The notes under the pieces: generated by a model
Seen by the model: the letters and a program-made list of their open reading frames with translations, nothing else
What the model was told of the DNA's origin: nothing
Database searches by the model: none
Origin: an uncultured Thermoleophilaceae bacterium
GTDB taxonomy: Bacteria > Actinomycetota > Thermoleophilia > Solirubrobacterales > Thermoleophilaceae
Direction: 5' to 3'
Assembly (NCBI GenBank): GCA_963764665.1
Contig: CAVXTL010000016.1
Coordinates: forward strand, 438-64,437
DNA: 64,000 nucleotides
Part shown: in pieces, positions 18,088 to 27,419 of the stretch
How the letters are laid out: each line of letters opens with the position of its first letter
Numbering within the stretch: position 1 is the stretch's first letter
Translations under genes and position numbers: made by a program

Positions 18088-19290
18088 CTAACCGTGCGCG
18101 GCCAGCGGCGGCGCGAGCGCGTGCCGGCCGCCGGCCACCACTGCAGCTCCGCCCAGGCCCACCGCCACCGCCACGCCGACCGCGGCGCTCCACGAGCCTG
18201 CCTCCACCACGACGCCCGTGACCGCCGCGCCGAGTGCGACGCCCGCCACGAGCGCGGTGAGCGGCCAGGTGAACGCCTCCGTGGCGGTCCCCGCCGGGGC
18301 CAGCCGCTCTACGAGCTGGTTGCGGGAGGAGATCAGGGGAGCGATCGGCAGGCCGGCCAGCAGCGCGAGGACGATCATCACCGCCGGCGACGTGGCGAAT
18401 GCGAGCGGAGCGATGGCGAGCGGGAGCAGCACGGCGAGCCTCATGTGCGACCGCAGGAGCGGGAGATGCGTTCCGCGCACGCCCCAGGCCAGGCCCGCGA
18501 CGCCGCTCGCCAGCGACCAACTGGCGAGGAGCACGCCGGCCAGCTCCTTGGAGCCCTCGGCCTCGCTGAACGCCGGGAGGACCACCTCGATCGACCCGAG
18601 CGTGAACCCCACCGGAACGCTGGCGAACACGAGCACGCGGAGACCCGGCGCGGCGAGCGCCCCGAGTCCGCGCGCCGAGCTGCCGGCGTCGGCGAGCTCC
18701 GGGCCGGGGCGGGAGCGGAGCGTCCTCAGCAGGAGCGCCGTGCCGGAGAGCACGCAGACCGCGGATGCGATCAGCGCGTATTCCGGCCCGACGGTGGCCA
18801 CCAGGACCGTGGTCAGCAGCGGACCGAAGACGAACACGACCTCGACGAGCACAGAGTCGAGGGCAAAGGCGCTCGGGATCAGCTCGGGCCGGTCCGTGAG
18901 CAGGAACGGCCAGCGCGAGCGCAGCACCGACGTGACGGGTGGAATCGCCGCGCCGGCGATGAACGAGGCCACCACGAGCAGACCGGTGCCGGCGCCCGCG
19001 GCGCCCGCCGCCCAGACCGCCATCAGCCCGGCGGCGTGCAGCACTGCGAGCGGGAGCAGCATGCCGAGGCCGCGCCGGTCCACCAGGCGGCCCTGGAACG
19101 GCGCGCCCACACCGCCGCCGAGCGCGAGCGCGCCGGCCGCGGCTCCCGCCGCCGCGTACGAGCCGGTGACCTCGCGCACGTAGAGGAGGATGGCCAGCCC
19201 GCTGATGCCGATCGGGAGGCGCCCGATCAGGGTCGCCAGCACCACCGGGGCCACGCCCGGGGTGCGGAGGATGCGTGAATAGACGGCCAC
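18088..19290 (-). CDS. MFS transporter
   Basis: About 400 aa from the GTG at 19290 (VAVYSRILRTPGVAPVVLATLIGRLP...). It has about 12 hydrophobic helices and the MFS loop GRLVDRRG. The upstream 200 codons of the track ORF are Arg/Gly junk. Confidence 0.8.
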   Translation of the reverse strand: MAVYSRILRTPGVAPVVLATLIGRLPIGISGLAILLYVREVTGSYAAAGAAAGALALGGGVGAPFQGRLVDRRGLGMLLPLAVLHAAGLMAVWAAGAAGAGTGLLVVASFIAGAAIPPVTSVLRSRWPFLLTDRPELIPSAFALDSVLVEVVFVFGPLLTTVLVATVGPEYALIASAVCVLSGTALLLRTLRSRPGPELADAGSSARGLGALAAPGLRVLVFASVPVGFTLGSIEVVLPAFSEAEGSKELAGVLLASWSLASGVAGLAWGVRGTHLPLLRSHMRLAVLLPLAIAPLAFATSPAVMIVLALLAGLPIAPLISSRNQLVERLAPAGTATEAFTWPLTALVAGVALGAAVTGVVVEAGSWSAAVGVAVAVGLGGAAVVAGGRHALAPPLAAHG

Positions 19291-19316
19291 CCATCGAGGA
19301 TGGCAGCCCCGTGAAC

Positions 19317-20336
19317 CTAGGCCGTGGCCAGCACCTTCTCGAACGTGGCCAGCGCCGTATCCACCCCGGCGCGGTCCACGTCCAGGTGGGTCACGCAGCG
19401 GATCCGGCCGCGCCCCGCCGAGCTGATGCGCACGTCCTCCGCCGCCAGCGCCGCGATCACGGCGGCCGGATCCTCCACGGAGGCGATCACGATGTTCGTC
19501 TCCTGCGGCAGCACGTCCAGGCCGAGCGAGCGCAGACCGTCCGCCAGCACACGCGCGTTCTCGTGATCCTCGGCCAGCCGCTCGACGTGGTGGTCGAGCG
19601 CGTAGAGGCCTCCGGCCGCCAGCATTCCCGCCTGCCGCATCGCCCCGCCGAGCATCTGCTTCCAGCGCCAGGCGTCCTCGATCAGCTCGCGCGAGCCGCA
19701 CAGCACAGCGCCCACCGGCGCTCCGAGCCCCTTTGAGAAGTCGAGCCAGGCGGTATCGAAGCCGGAGGCGTAGTCGGCGGCCGGCACACCTGCGGCCACG
19801 ACCGCGTTCAGGAGCCGGGCGCCGTCGAGATGGGTCCGCATCCCGTGGCGGCGCGCCACGTCCTGCACGGCCTGGATCTGCTCGAGCGGCCACACCCGGC
19901 CGCCGCCCATGTTGGTGGTCTGCTCGATCGCCACGAGGCGGGACCGCGGCATGTAGCGGTCATCCGGCCAGAGCGCCTGCTCGACCGCCTCGGCCGTGAA
20001 CATTCCGCCGTCGCCGTCGAGGCGGTTGACCATCGCGCCCGCCAGCTCCGCCGGGCCGCCGGCCTCGGCCACGATCGGATGCGACCAGCGGTGAAGGAGC
20101 AGCTCGTCGCCGCCGGCGCGGATGTGCAGCCGGAAGCCGATCCCGTTGCACATCGTGCCGCTCGGGAGGAACAGGCCCGCCTCGTGCCCGAGCAGCTCGG
20201 CCACCCGGTCCTGGAGGCGGTTGACGGACGGGTCCTCCCGCTTCTGCTCGTCACCCACCTCCGCGCCGGCGATGGCCTGGCGCATGCCGTCGGTGGGCCG
20301 TGTCTGCGTGTCGCTGTAGAGATCGACCAGCGCCAT
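19317..20336 (-). CDS. ltaE: Low-specificity L-threonine aldolase (PLP-dependent)
   Basis: MALVDLYSDTQTRPTDGMRQAI...GDEQKREDPSVNRLQ...LPSGTMCN is a beta-eliminating lyase/threonine aldolase pattern. The start is the ATG at 20336, 3 nt after the ribH stop. Confidence 0.83.
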   Translation of the reverse strand: MALVDLYSDTQTRPTDGMRQAIAGAEVGDEQKREDPSVNRLQDRVAELLGHEAGLFLPSGTMCNGIGFRLHIRAGGDELLLHRWSHPIVAEAGGPAELAGAMVNRLDGDGGMFTAEAVEQALWPDDRYMPRSRLVAIEQTTNMGGGRVWPLEQIQAVQDVARRHGMRTHLDGARLLNAVVAAGVPAADYASGFDTAWLDFSKGLGAPVGAVLCGSRELIEDAWRWKQMLGGAMRQAGMLAAGGLYALDHHVERLAEDHENARVLADGLRSLGLDVLPQETNIVIASVEDPAAVIAALAAEDVRISSAGRGRIRCVTHLDVDRAGVDTALATFEKVLATA

Positions 20337-20338
20337 CG

Positions 20339-20764
20339 TCAGCCGAGCTCCCGGCGCAGGGCAGCCATCCGGAGCACGGCACGCGCGGCGTCCTCGCCCT
20401 GGTGGCGCTTGCCCCCTCCCACCCGCGCCAGCGCCTGCTCCATCGTGTCGACGGTGAGCACCCCGAACGCGCACGGCACCCCGGTGTCCAGCGACACCCG
20501 CGCGATCCCGCTCGCTGCCTCCTGGCAGACGTAGTCGTAGTGGTCGGTCTCGCCGCGGATCACGGCGCCCAGGCAGGCCACCCCCGCGTAGCGGCCCGAG
20601 TCGGCGCAGTACTTGGCCACCAGCGGAAGCTCGAAGGCGCCCGGCACCTCGTAGACATCCAGCTCGGCGCCGGCCTCGTCGAACACCCGGCGCGCGCCGT
20701 CCATGAGCCGCGCCGCCAGGTCCTCGTAGAACCGGCCCACGCAGGCCGCGTACCGGTCCGTCAT
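20339..20764 (-). CDS. ribH: 6,7-dimethyl-8-ribityllumazine synthase
   Basis: 141 aa. It contains VPGAFELPLVA...LGAVIRGETDHYDYV. It overlaps the ribBA stop by 4 nt. Confidence 0.9.
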   Translation of the reverse strand: MTDRYAACVGRFYEDLAARLMDGARRVFDEAGAELDVYEVPGAFELPLVAKYCADSGRYAGVACLGAVIRGETDHYDYVCQEAASGIARVSLDTGVPCAFGVLTVDTMEQALARVGGGKRHQGEDAARAVLRMAALRRELG

Positions 20765-22080
20765 TCGTGAGCGCGGGGTGCGGGGCCCTGGCCGTAGAGG
20801 TCGGCCTCGTCGTTCGCCCGCTCGCGATCCTGGATGCGCTCCTCGAGGATCATCTCCTCGTCGAGCGCCAGCCCCTGGTGGTGGAGCAGGTGGCCCATGC
20901 GCTCCTTCTTCGCACGCAGGTACTCGCGGTTGTGCTCGCCGGGCGGGTGCTCGATCGGCACCTGGTCGGTGACCCTGAGGCCGTATCCCTCGAGACCCAC
21001 GATCTTCTTCGGGTTGTTCGTGAGCAGCCGGATCGAGCTGAGGCCGAGGTCCACCAGGATCTGGGCGCCGATTCCGTAGTCGCGCAGGTCGGCCGGCAGC
21101 CCGAGCTGGACGTTGGCGTCGACCGTGTCGAGGCCCTCCTCCTGGAGGCGGTAGGCGCGCAGCTTGTTGAGGAGCCCGATGCCGCGCCCCTCCTGGGCGA
21201 GGTAGAGCAGCACGCCGCGGCCCTCGTCGTGGATTCGCAGCAGCGCGTCCTCGAGCTGCTCCCCGCAGTCGCAGCGCAGCGAGTGGAAGACGTCCCCCGT
21301 GAGGCACTCGGAGTGCACGCGCACGAGCACGTCGTCCTGTCCGTCAACCTCGCCGCGGACCATCGCCACGTGGTGCTTGTCGTCCACGAGCGAGCGGTAG
21401 CCCACCACGTTGAACTCCCCGAACTTGGTCGGCAGCTGGGCCTCCACCACCCGCTCCACGAGCTTGTCGTGGCGGCGCCGGTAGGCGATCAGGTCGGACA
21501 CGGTGATCATCTTCAGTCCGTGCTCGGCGCAGTACCCCTCGAGGTCGTCCACGCGGGCCATCGTGCCATCGTCGTTCATCACCTCGCAGATGACGCCGGA
21601 CGGGTTGAGCCCGGCCAGGCGCGCCAGGTCCACGGCCGCCTCGGTCTGGCCGGTGCGCTCGAGCACTCCCCCGGCCTTCGCCTTCAGCGGGAAGATGTGG
21701 CCGGGCTGGACCAGGTCGCTCGGCCGCGCGTTGGGATCGATGGCCACCTGGATCGTGCGCGCCCGGTCGTGGGCCGATATGCCCGTGGTGATCCCCTCGC
21801 GCGCCTCGACCGAGACGGTGAACGCGGTCTGGAAGGGAGACTCGTTCTTGGCCGCCATGAGGTCGAGTCCGAGCTCGTCGCATCGGTTCGGGGTCAGCGC
21901 CAGGCAGATCAGCCCGCGCCCGTGCTTGGCCATGAAGTTGACGGCCTCCGGCGTGGCGAACTGGGCCGCGAGCGTGAGGTCGCCCTCGTTCTCGCGGTCC
22001 TCGGCGTCGCACACGACCACCATCCGCCCCTCGCGGACGTCCTCGATCGCGTCCTCGATGGTGCTGAACGGAGCGCTCAT
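20761..22080 (-). CDS. ribBA: Bifunctional 3,4-dihydroxy-2-butanone-4-phosphate synthase / GTP cyclohydrolase II
   Basis: The sequence MSAPFSTIEDAIEDVREGRMVVVCDAEDRENEGDL matches RibB. The sequence HSECLTGDVFHSLRCDCGEQL matches RibA. The ATG at 22080 overlaps the ribE stop by 4 nt. Confidence 0.93.
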   Translation of the reverse strand: MSAPFSTIEDAIEDVREGRMVVVCDAEDRENEGDLTLAAQFATPEAVNFMAKHGRGLICLALTPNRCDELGLDLMAAKNESPFQTAFTVSVEAREGITTGISAHDRARTIQVAIDPNARPSDLVQPGHIFPLKAKAGGVLERTGQTEAAVDLARLAGLNPSGVICEVMNDDGTMARVDDLEGYCAEHGLKMITVSDLIAYRRRHDKLVERVVEAQLPTKFGEFNVVGYRSLVDDKHHVAMVRGEVDGQDDVLVRVHSECLTGDVFHSLRCDCGEQLEDALLRIHDEGRGVLLYLAQEGRGIGLLNKLRAYRLQEEGLDTVDANVQLGLPADLRDYGIGAQILVDLGLSSIRLLTNNPKKIVGLEGYGLRVTDQVPIEHPPGEHNREYLRAKKERMGHLLHHQGLALDEEMILEERIQDRERANDEADLYGQGPAPRAHE

Positions 22081-22688
22081 GCCACATCCCCGTTGCCGGG
22101 CCGCGCGCCCCGCCACGCCTTCTCCACGTACTTGGCCAACACGTCCACCTCCAGGTTCACGGTCCGGCCGGGCTCCGCGGAGCCCAGCGTGGTGCGCTCG
22201 AGCGTCTCAGGGATGAGAGACACGGAGAAGCCGCCATCGTCCACCTCGGTCACGGTCAGGGATACACCGTCCACGGCGATCGACCCCTTCTCGACCACGT
22301 AGCGCAGCAGCTCGGAGGGAGCGGCCACGCGGACCACGCGGGCAAGGCCCTCGTCGGTCACGCTCTCCACGCTCCCGGTGCCGTCCACGTGGCCCTGCAC
22401 CACGTGCCCGCCGAGCGGATCGCCGGCTCGGAGCGGCAGCTCCAGGTTAACCTCGTCGCCCTCCGCGAGCGGGCCCAGCGAGCTGCGCTCGAGCGTTTCC
22501 GCCATGAGGTCGGCCGCGAACGAGCCGCCGTCCGGCTCGCGGGCGGTGAGGCAAACGCCGTTCACGGCGATCGACTCGCCGCCGCTGAGCTCAGCCGCCA
22601 GCTGCGTGCGCACCCGCAGGCGCGCGCCGCCATCGGCCCGCTCGATCGCCTCGACGGTGCCCTTGCCCGCCACGAGCCCGGTGAACAT
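22077..22688 (-). CDS. ribE: Riboflavin synthase alpha chain
   Basis: 203 aa. It begins MFTGLV.G.G and contains a duplicated lumazine-binding repeat (NGVCLT / DGVSLT). Confidence 0.9.
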   Translation of the reverse strand: MFTGLVAGKGTVEAIERADGGARLRVRTQLAAELSGGESIAVNGVCLTAREPDGGSFAADLMAETLERSSLGPLAEGDEVNLELPLRAGDPLGGHVVQGHVDGTGSVESVTDEGLARVVRVAAPSELLRYVVEKGSIAVDGVSLTVTEVDDGGFSVSLIPETLERTTLGSAEPGRTVNLEVDVLAKYVEKAWRGARPGNGDVA

Positions 22689-22695
22689 CAGCGCG

Positions 22696-23820
22696 TCACC
22701 ACTCGGTGAGCCTCGCCTCGATCAGCACGTCGTCGTCGATCCGCTCGGTGTTCACCGACAGCGCATGCACGGCCGCCGAGATGGCCTCTGCGCCGAGCCC
22801 CTCCACCACCGTGCGAGCCTCGCGCCCCCCTGCCAGCACCGGCGCCACGAAGATCCGCGCCTCGTCGATCTCGCCGGCCTCGAGGAAGGCGCCGGACAGG
22901 TGCGGTCCGCCCTCGAGCAGCAGCAGCTGGATGTCCCGGGCACCGAGCTCATCCAGCGCGTGGGCCACGCGCGCGGCCTCGTTCTCGCCGGTGGCCACGA
23001 TCACGTCCACGTCGGCCGCCTGGAGGGCCTGCACGCTGGTGCGGGACGCGGCCCGCGATGTCACGACGGTCACGGGCACGTCCGGCACGCCCTGCACGAG
23101 GCGGCTCGACACCGGCAGCCGCGCCTCCGAGTCGAACACCACGCGGCGCGGCTGGCGCGACACGCCTTCGATGCGCGCCGTGAGCTGAGGGTCGTCGGCC
23201 AGCGCCGTGCCGATCCCCACCGCCACGGCGTCCGACTCGGCGCGCCAGCGGTGGGAGCGCGCGCGGCTGGCCTCGCCCGAGATCCACTGCGAGTCGCCGG
23301 TGCGCGTGGCCACCTTGCCGTCGAGCGTCATGGCCGACTTGAAGACCACCAGCGGGCGGCCGGTGCGGGCGTGCTTTCGGAAGGGCTGGTTCAGGAGGCG
23401 GGCGGCGAAGCCCACCGGTCCGTCCACCACATCCACCCCAACGCCCTCGTCGCGGAGGATCCCAAGGCCGCGGCCCGAGGCCTTCGGCGTGGGATCGTCC
23501 GAGGCCACCACCACACGCGAGATCCCGGCCTGCACGATCGCGTCCGTGCACGGCGGCGTGCGGCCGTGGTGAGCGCAGGGCTCGAGCGACACGTAGAGGG
23601 TCGCCCCGGTCGGGTCCTCTCCGCAGGCGGCCAGCGCCACCCGCTCGGCGTGCTCCTCCCCCGGGCCGGCGTGGAAGCCCTCGCCGATCACCCGTCCCTG
23701 CTGCACCACCACGGCGCCGACGAGCGGGTTCGGGCTGGTGTGACCGCGTGCCTCTGCGGCGAGCTCGATGCTCCTGAGAAGGTGGCGCTCGTCGCGCTCT
23801 TTGGCCGCTGTTTCGGGCAT
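22696..23820 (-). CDS. ribD: Riboflavin biosynthesis protein RibD (deaminase/reductase)
   Basis: The ATG at 23820 gives MPETAAKERDERHLLRSIELA. The deaminase zinc motifs are HAERVAL and SLEPCAHHGRTPPC. A C-terminal reductase domain follows. Confidence 0.92.
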   Translation of the reverse strand: MPETAAKERDERHLLRSIELAAEARGHTSPNPLVGAVVVQQGRVIGEGFHAGPGEEHAERVALAACGEDPTGATLYVSLEPCAHHGRTPPCTDAIVQAGISRVVVASDDPTPKASGRGLGILRDEGVGVDVVDGPVGFAARLLNQPFRKHARTGRPLVVFKSAMTLDGKVATRTGDSQWISGEASRARSHRWRAESDAVAVGIGTALADDPQLTARIEGVSRQPRRVVFDSEARLPVSSRLVQGVPDVPVTVVTSRAASRTSVQALQAADVDVIVATGENEAARVAHALDELGARDIQLLLLEGGPHLSGAFLEAGEIDEARIFVAPVLAGGREARTVVEGLGAEAISAAVHALSVNTERIDDDVLIEARLTEW

Positions 23821-23842
23821 TTCGCGAGGTCGCGCGAGCCCA

Positions 23843-23860
23843 GTTGACTCGCGAGTCAAC
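23843..23860. promoter_or_regulatory. Perfect 18-bp palindrome in the ribD/GT39 divergent intergenic region (candidate operator)
   Basis: GTTGACTCGCGAGTCAAC is its own reverse complement. It lies 23 nt upstream of the ribD ATG and 60 nt upstream of the GT39 GTG. TTGACT is present on both strands. Confidence 0.4.
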
Positions 23861-23919
23861 AGTACCAGCGGCCAGCCAGGATCCCGCTGACCGCCGACCC
23901 CCACAACTACGCTGCGCCC

Positions 23920-25737
23920 GTGCCCCGCCTGCTCCTCGGCCTGATCCTCGTCGCCGGATTCGCCCTGCGCATCTGGAACAACGACTACGGGCTCCCGTAC
24001 GTGTGGAGCATCGACGAGGGCTCGCACTTCGCGAATCACGCGATCGAGATGTTCTGGCAGGACCTCGACCCGGGCTACTACGAGAACCCGTCCGCGTACA
24101 CCTACCTCCTCTACGCGCTGCTGCGCGTGATGTACGGCCCGCTCGGGTGGCTCTTCGACCTCCCGTTCGGGAACGTGACGGAGCAGTTCAGCAAGGACCC
24201 CGCGCAGATCTGGGTGGCCGCGCGCACGCTCGCCGCCGCGCTCTGCATGGCTGGCGTCGCGGCCGTGTACTGGGCCGCAAGACGGCTCTGGGGCACCCGC
24301 GAGGGGCTCGTGGCCGCGGCGGTGCTCGCGTTCGCGTTCCTGCCGGTGGCCTACTCGCGGGTGGCGGTCACCGACGTGGGCGCGCTCGCCGGGATGGCGC
24401 TCGCCCTGTATGGGTGCGTTCGGGCCTACGAGGACGGGCGCTGGGTCCACTACGCCCTCGCCGGCGCCGGGGCCGGCCTGGCCGGCGGCTTCAAGTACAC
24501 CGCGGGCCTGGCGCTGCTTCCGCTCGGCCTGGCTGCTCTGGCGCGCGTGCGCCGCGACCGGCTCCGGGCGCTCGCCGGCCTGGTGCTCGGAACGGCGCTG
24601 GCCGCGCTGGTGTTCCTCGTGCTGAACCCCTACCTGCCGGGCTCGTTCGACGCCTGGTGGAACGACCTTCACGACCAGGCGGACGTGGCTTCGGGACAGC
24701 CCAAGCCGGGCCAGGAGGAGGGCGGCGCCGGCTACTACCTGGACAGCCTGACCTGGGGGCTCGGCTGGGCCGCGGCCCTGGCGGCCCTGGCGGGCGCCGC
24801 GCTCGAGCTGCGCCGCGACCTGATCCGCGGCCTGATCCTCGTGGCGGTGCCGGTGGCGCTGTTCGTCTACCTCAGCCTCCAGGCCCGCTACTTCGGCCGC
24901 TGGCTGCTGCCCGCCTACCCGGCGCTGGCGATGCTCGCGAGCGTGGCGCTGGTGCGAGCGGCCGACGCGCTCCCGGCCCGGCGCGGCCGCTTCCCGCTGC
25001 GTGCCGTGGCCCTGCCGGCGCTCGTGGCGCTGGTGCTGGCGCAGCCCCTGGCGGCGGACGTACGCAGCGCGCTGGTGCTCGGCCGCGAGGACACCCGCAC
25101 CCAGGCCCGCGACTGGCTCGAGGCGCGCTACCCGCCGGAGCTGCGCGTGGCGATAGAGCCGGCGGTGCCCGGCCGCTTCTACCGCTCGACCCCGTCCGGC
25201 CGGCTGCCCGGCTGGCTCACCCGCTGCCAGGCGCGCGAGGGATGGACGGCGCCGGGCTTCGCGTACGACGGGCCGCGCGGCAAGAGGGTCTGCGTTCGCT
25301 TCAAGCCGGGCCAGTTCGCTCGCCCGGATGGCGGCGTGCGGGCGTCGGCGTACCACATGGTGCTCTCGCCCTCGGTGATCGACGACTACCGCCGCTACGG
25401 CTACTGCCTCGTGATGACACTCGACGTGGTCCGCGAGCGCGCACTGGAGACCGGCGACCCCGACGTGGCCGCCTACTACCGGCGGCTCGAGCGGGACGCC
25501 CGGCTGGTGCGCGAGTTCAGCCCCTACGACTCGGGCGCGAAGCCGGTGCCGTTCAGCTTCGACCTCTCCTACAACTACTACCCCACGGCCTACCGGCGGC
25601 CCGGACCCACCGTTCGCCTGTACCGGCTGAACGACTGCCGCCAGGCATACGGCCCTCCCCTGATTCGGATCCCGAAGGTCCGCGAGCTTCCCCCGTTCGC
25701 GCCGCGCGACGAGGGCGTGGCCGGTGAGGAGATCTGA
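23920..25737 (+). CDS. GT-C fold glycosyltransferase, family 39 / ArnT-PMT-like (polyprenyl-phosphate-sugar dependent)
   Basis: 605 aa with a GTG start. It has a polytopic N-terminal region with a first-loop acidic motif (SIDEGSH), more than 10 hydrophobic helices and a soluble C-terminal domain. Confidence 0.78.
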   Translation: MPRLLLGLILVAGFALRIWNNDYGLPYVWSIDEGSHFANHAIEMFWQDLDPGYYENPSAYTYLLYALLRVMYGPLGWLFDLPFGNVTEQFSKDPAQIWVAARTLAAALCMAGVAAVYWAARRLWGTREGLVAAAVLAFAFLPVAYSRVAVTDVGALAGMALALYGCVRAYEDGRWVHYALAGAGAGLAGGFKYTAGLALLPLGLAALARVRRDRLRALAGLVLGTALAALVFLVLNPYLPGSFDAWWNDLHDQADVASGQPKPGQEEGGAGYYLDSLTWGLGWAAALAALAGAALELRRDLIRGLILVAVPVALFVYLSLQARYFGRWLLPAYPALAMLASVALVRAADALPARRGRFPLRAVALPALVALVLAQPLAADVRSALVLGREDTRTQARDWLEARYPPELRVAIEPAVPGRFYRSTPSGRLPGWLTRCQAREGWTAPGFAYDGPRGKRVCVRFKPGQFARPDGGVRASAYHMVLSPSVIDDYRRYGYCLVMTLDVVRERALETGDPDVAAYYRRLERDARLVREFSPYDSGAKPVPFSFDLSYNYYPTAYRRPGPTVRLYRLNDCRQAYGPPLIRIPKVRELPPFAPRDEGVAGEEI

Positions 25738-25845
25738 GGCGCCCGGGGCCGCGGAGCGCGTTCGCTACGCTCCGGCCGCCCTGGCCCTGAACCCCGCGGA
25801 GCGGGCCGCATCACTCCCTCAGATGAGCTCGACTCCCCCCAGTCC

Positions 25846-27327
25846 ATGCGCCTGAGCCGGCGCGGTTTCATCAAGGCCGGCGCCGCCGGCGCTGCAGGAG
25901 CGGCGGCGCTCACGGCCGCCGGCTGCGACCTGCCGGGCGAGGGCTCCTCGGAGCCCACCAACGTCCTGCTGCTGATCATCGACAGCCTCAGGCCCGACCA
26001 CGTGGGCGCGTACGGGTCGCCGCAGGTGCGGACGCCGAACATCGACTGGCTCGCGGCCCGTGGCATGCGCTTCAACCGCGCGTTCCCCGAGGCGATGGTC
26101 ACGCTGCCGGCGCGGCGGTCGATCTTCACGAGCCGCCGGATCTTCCCGTTCCGGAACTTCAAGCCGAATCCGGAGCTCGGGCGTAGCCCAGGCTGGGAGC
26201 CGATCGAGAACCCCGACCAGACCACTTTCACGTCGGAGTTCAAGCGCGCCGGCTACTGGACGGCGCACGTCAGCGACAACCCCTTCCTTGCGTTCACGGG
26301 TCCGTACGAGCCCTTCCGCAAGACGTTTTCCCGCTGGGACACGGTCGTCGGCCAGTCCGGGTTCGTGAAGCCACCGGAGACGGTGCCCATGGAGACGGTG
26401 GAGCATTGGCTGCCACCTGTCCTGCGGGATGACCGATACGTGCCCGGAATGCGCAAGTACCTGGCGAACACCGGCGAGGGCGTAGACGAGGAACTGACAT
26501 GCACGGCCCGCGTCCACAAGAAGGCGATCGAGGTGCTGGACGATGCGATCGTGCGCCAGCCGTTCTGCATGACGATCGACTCCTTCGATCCGCACGAGCC
26601 GTGGAGCCCGCCGCGCAAGTACCTCGACATGTACGGCGACCCGGACTACGAGGGACCGGAGATAGGCGTCACCCGCTACGGCAACTCGAGCTACCTGACC
26701 CCCGAGCAGCTGCGACGCCTCCATGCCGTCTACGCCGCCGAGGTGACCATGGCGGACCACTGGCTGGGCAAGTTCCTGGAGGCGTTCCGGGAGAAGAAGC
26801 TCCACGAGAACACCGTGATCCTGCTGCTCAGCGATCACGGCTACCTGCTCGGCGAGCGCGGTCAGACGGGCAAGGTGCCCTCCCAGCTGCACCCCGAGCT
26901 CGCCCAGGTCCCGTTCATCGTCGCCCACCCCGATGGGCGCGCCGCCGGCCAGGTGAGCTCGCACTTCGCCTCCACCCATGACGTGGGCCCCACGCTGCTG
27001 TCGCTCGCCGGCATCGACCGTCCGAGCTGGATGGAGGGCCTCGACCTCTCCCCGCTCATGGACGGCGACCCCGTGGCATCGCGGCCGTTCCACTACGGGG
27101 GCATGTACAACCGCTTCTTCATCCGCACCGACGAGTGGGTGCTCATCGGCGACAACCGCGGCGAGGAGCGCTCCATGTACGACCTCCAGCGCGACCCGCA
27201 CGAGTTCTTCGACGTTGTGAAGGAGAACCCGAGGCTGAGCGAGGAGCTCTACCAGCAGGTGCTCGAGTCGGCGGGCGGCCCGCTGCCGTACTACGAGGGT
27301 CGCCCAACCACTCCAGGCGGCGGCTGA
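25846..27327 (+). CDS. Tat-exported sulfatase-like (alkaline phosphatase superfamily) lipoprotein with a Thr in the nucleophile position
   Basis: It has a twin-arginine motif (SRRGFIKAG) and a possible lipobox (TAAGC). The metal site is LLIIDSLRPDH. The signature-like TLPARRSIFTS at 26101 replaces C/S-x-P-x-R. Confidence 0.8.
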   Translation: MRLSRRGFIKAGAAGAAGAAALTAAGCDLPGEGSSEPTNVLLLIIDSLRPDHVGAYGSPQVRTPNIDWLAARGMRFNRAFPEAMVTLPARRSIFTSRRIFPFRNFKPNPELGRSPGWEPIENPDQTTFTSEFKRAGYWTAHVSDNPFLAFTGPYEPFRKTFSRWDTVVGQSGFVKPPETVPMETVEHWLPPVLRDDRYVPGMRKYLANTGEGVDEELTCTARVHKKAIEVLDDAIVRQPFCMTIDSFDPHEPWSPPRKYLDMYGDPDYEGPEIGVTRYGNSSYLTPEQLRRLHAVYAAEVTMADHWLGKFLEAFREKKLHENTVILLLSDHGYLLGERGQTGKVPSQLHPELAQVPFIVAHPDGRAAGQVSSHFASTHDVGPTLLSLAGIDRPSWMEGLDLSPLMDGDPVASRPFHYGGMYNRFFIRTDEWVLIGDNRGEERSMYDLQRDPHEFFDVVKENPRLSEELYQQVLESAGGPLPYYEGRPTTPGGG

Positions 27328-27419
27328 CCCCCGAACCCGCGGTACCCCCGTGCACGGCGCGGTGAGAAGCACGATGATGCCTGAGTGCTCGGGGAAAAGG
27401 TTCAAGTGGACGGGAGCGG

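Noticed and set aside
18064-19278. 404-aa plus-strand and 408-aa minus-strand ORFs overlapping the MFS transporter gene
   Set aside because: Both are Arg/Gly/Glu/Asp-rich translations without hydrophobic or catalytic patterns. The MFS frame shows 12 clean helices and high third-position GC.
23821-23960. FMN (RFN) riboswitch expected upstream of ribD
   Set aside because: I could not find the conserved core segments on the minus strand, and only 99 nt of intergenic space is available. The riboswitch is reported as absent by eye only and needs a covariance-model scan.
23821-25356. N-terminal extension of about 510 codons on the ribD ORF (track ORF 22696-25356)
   Set aside because: Only the part from the ATG at 23820 matches RibD. 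The extension is Arg/Gly/Ala junk antisense to the well-supported GT39 membrane protein gene.
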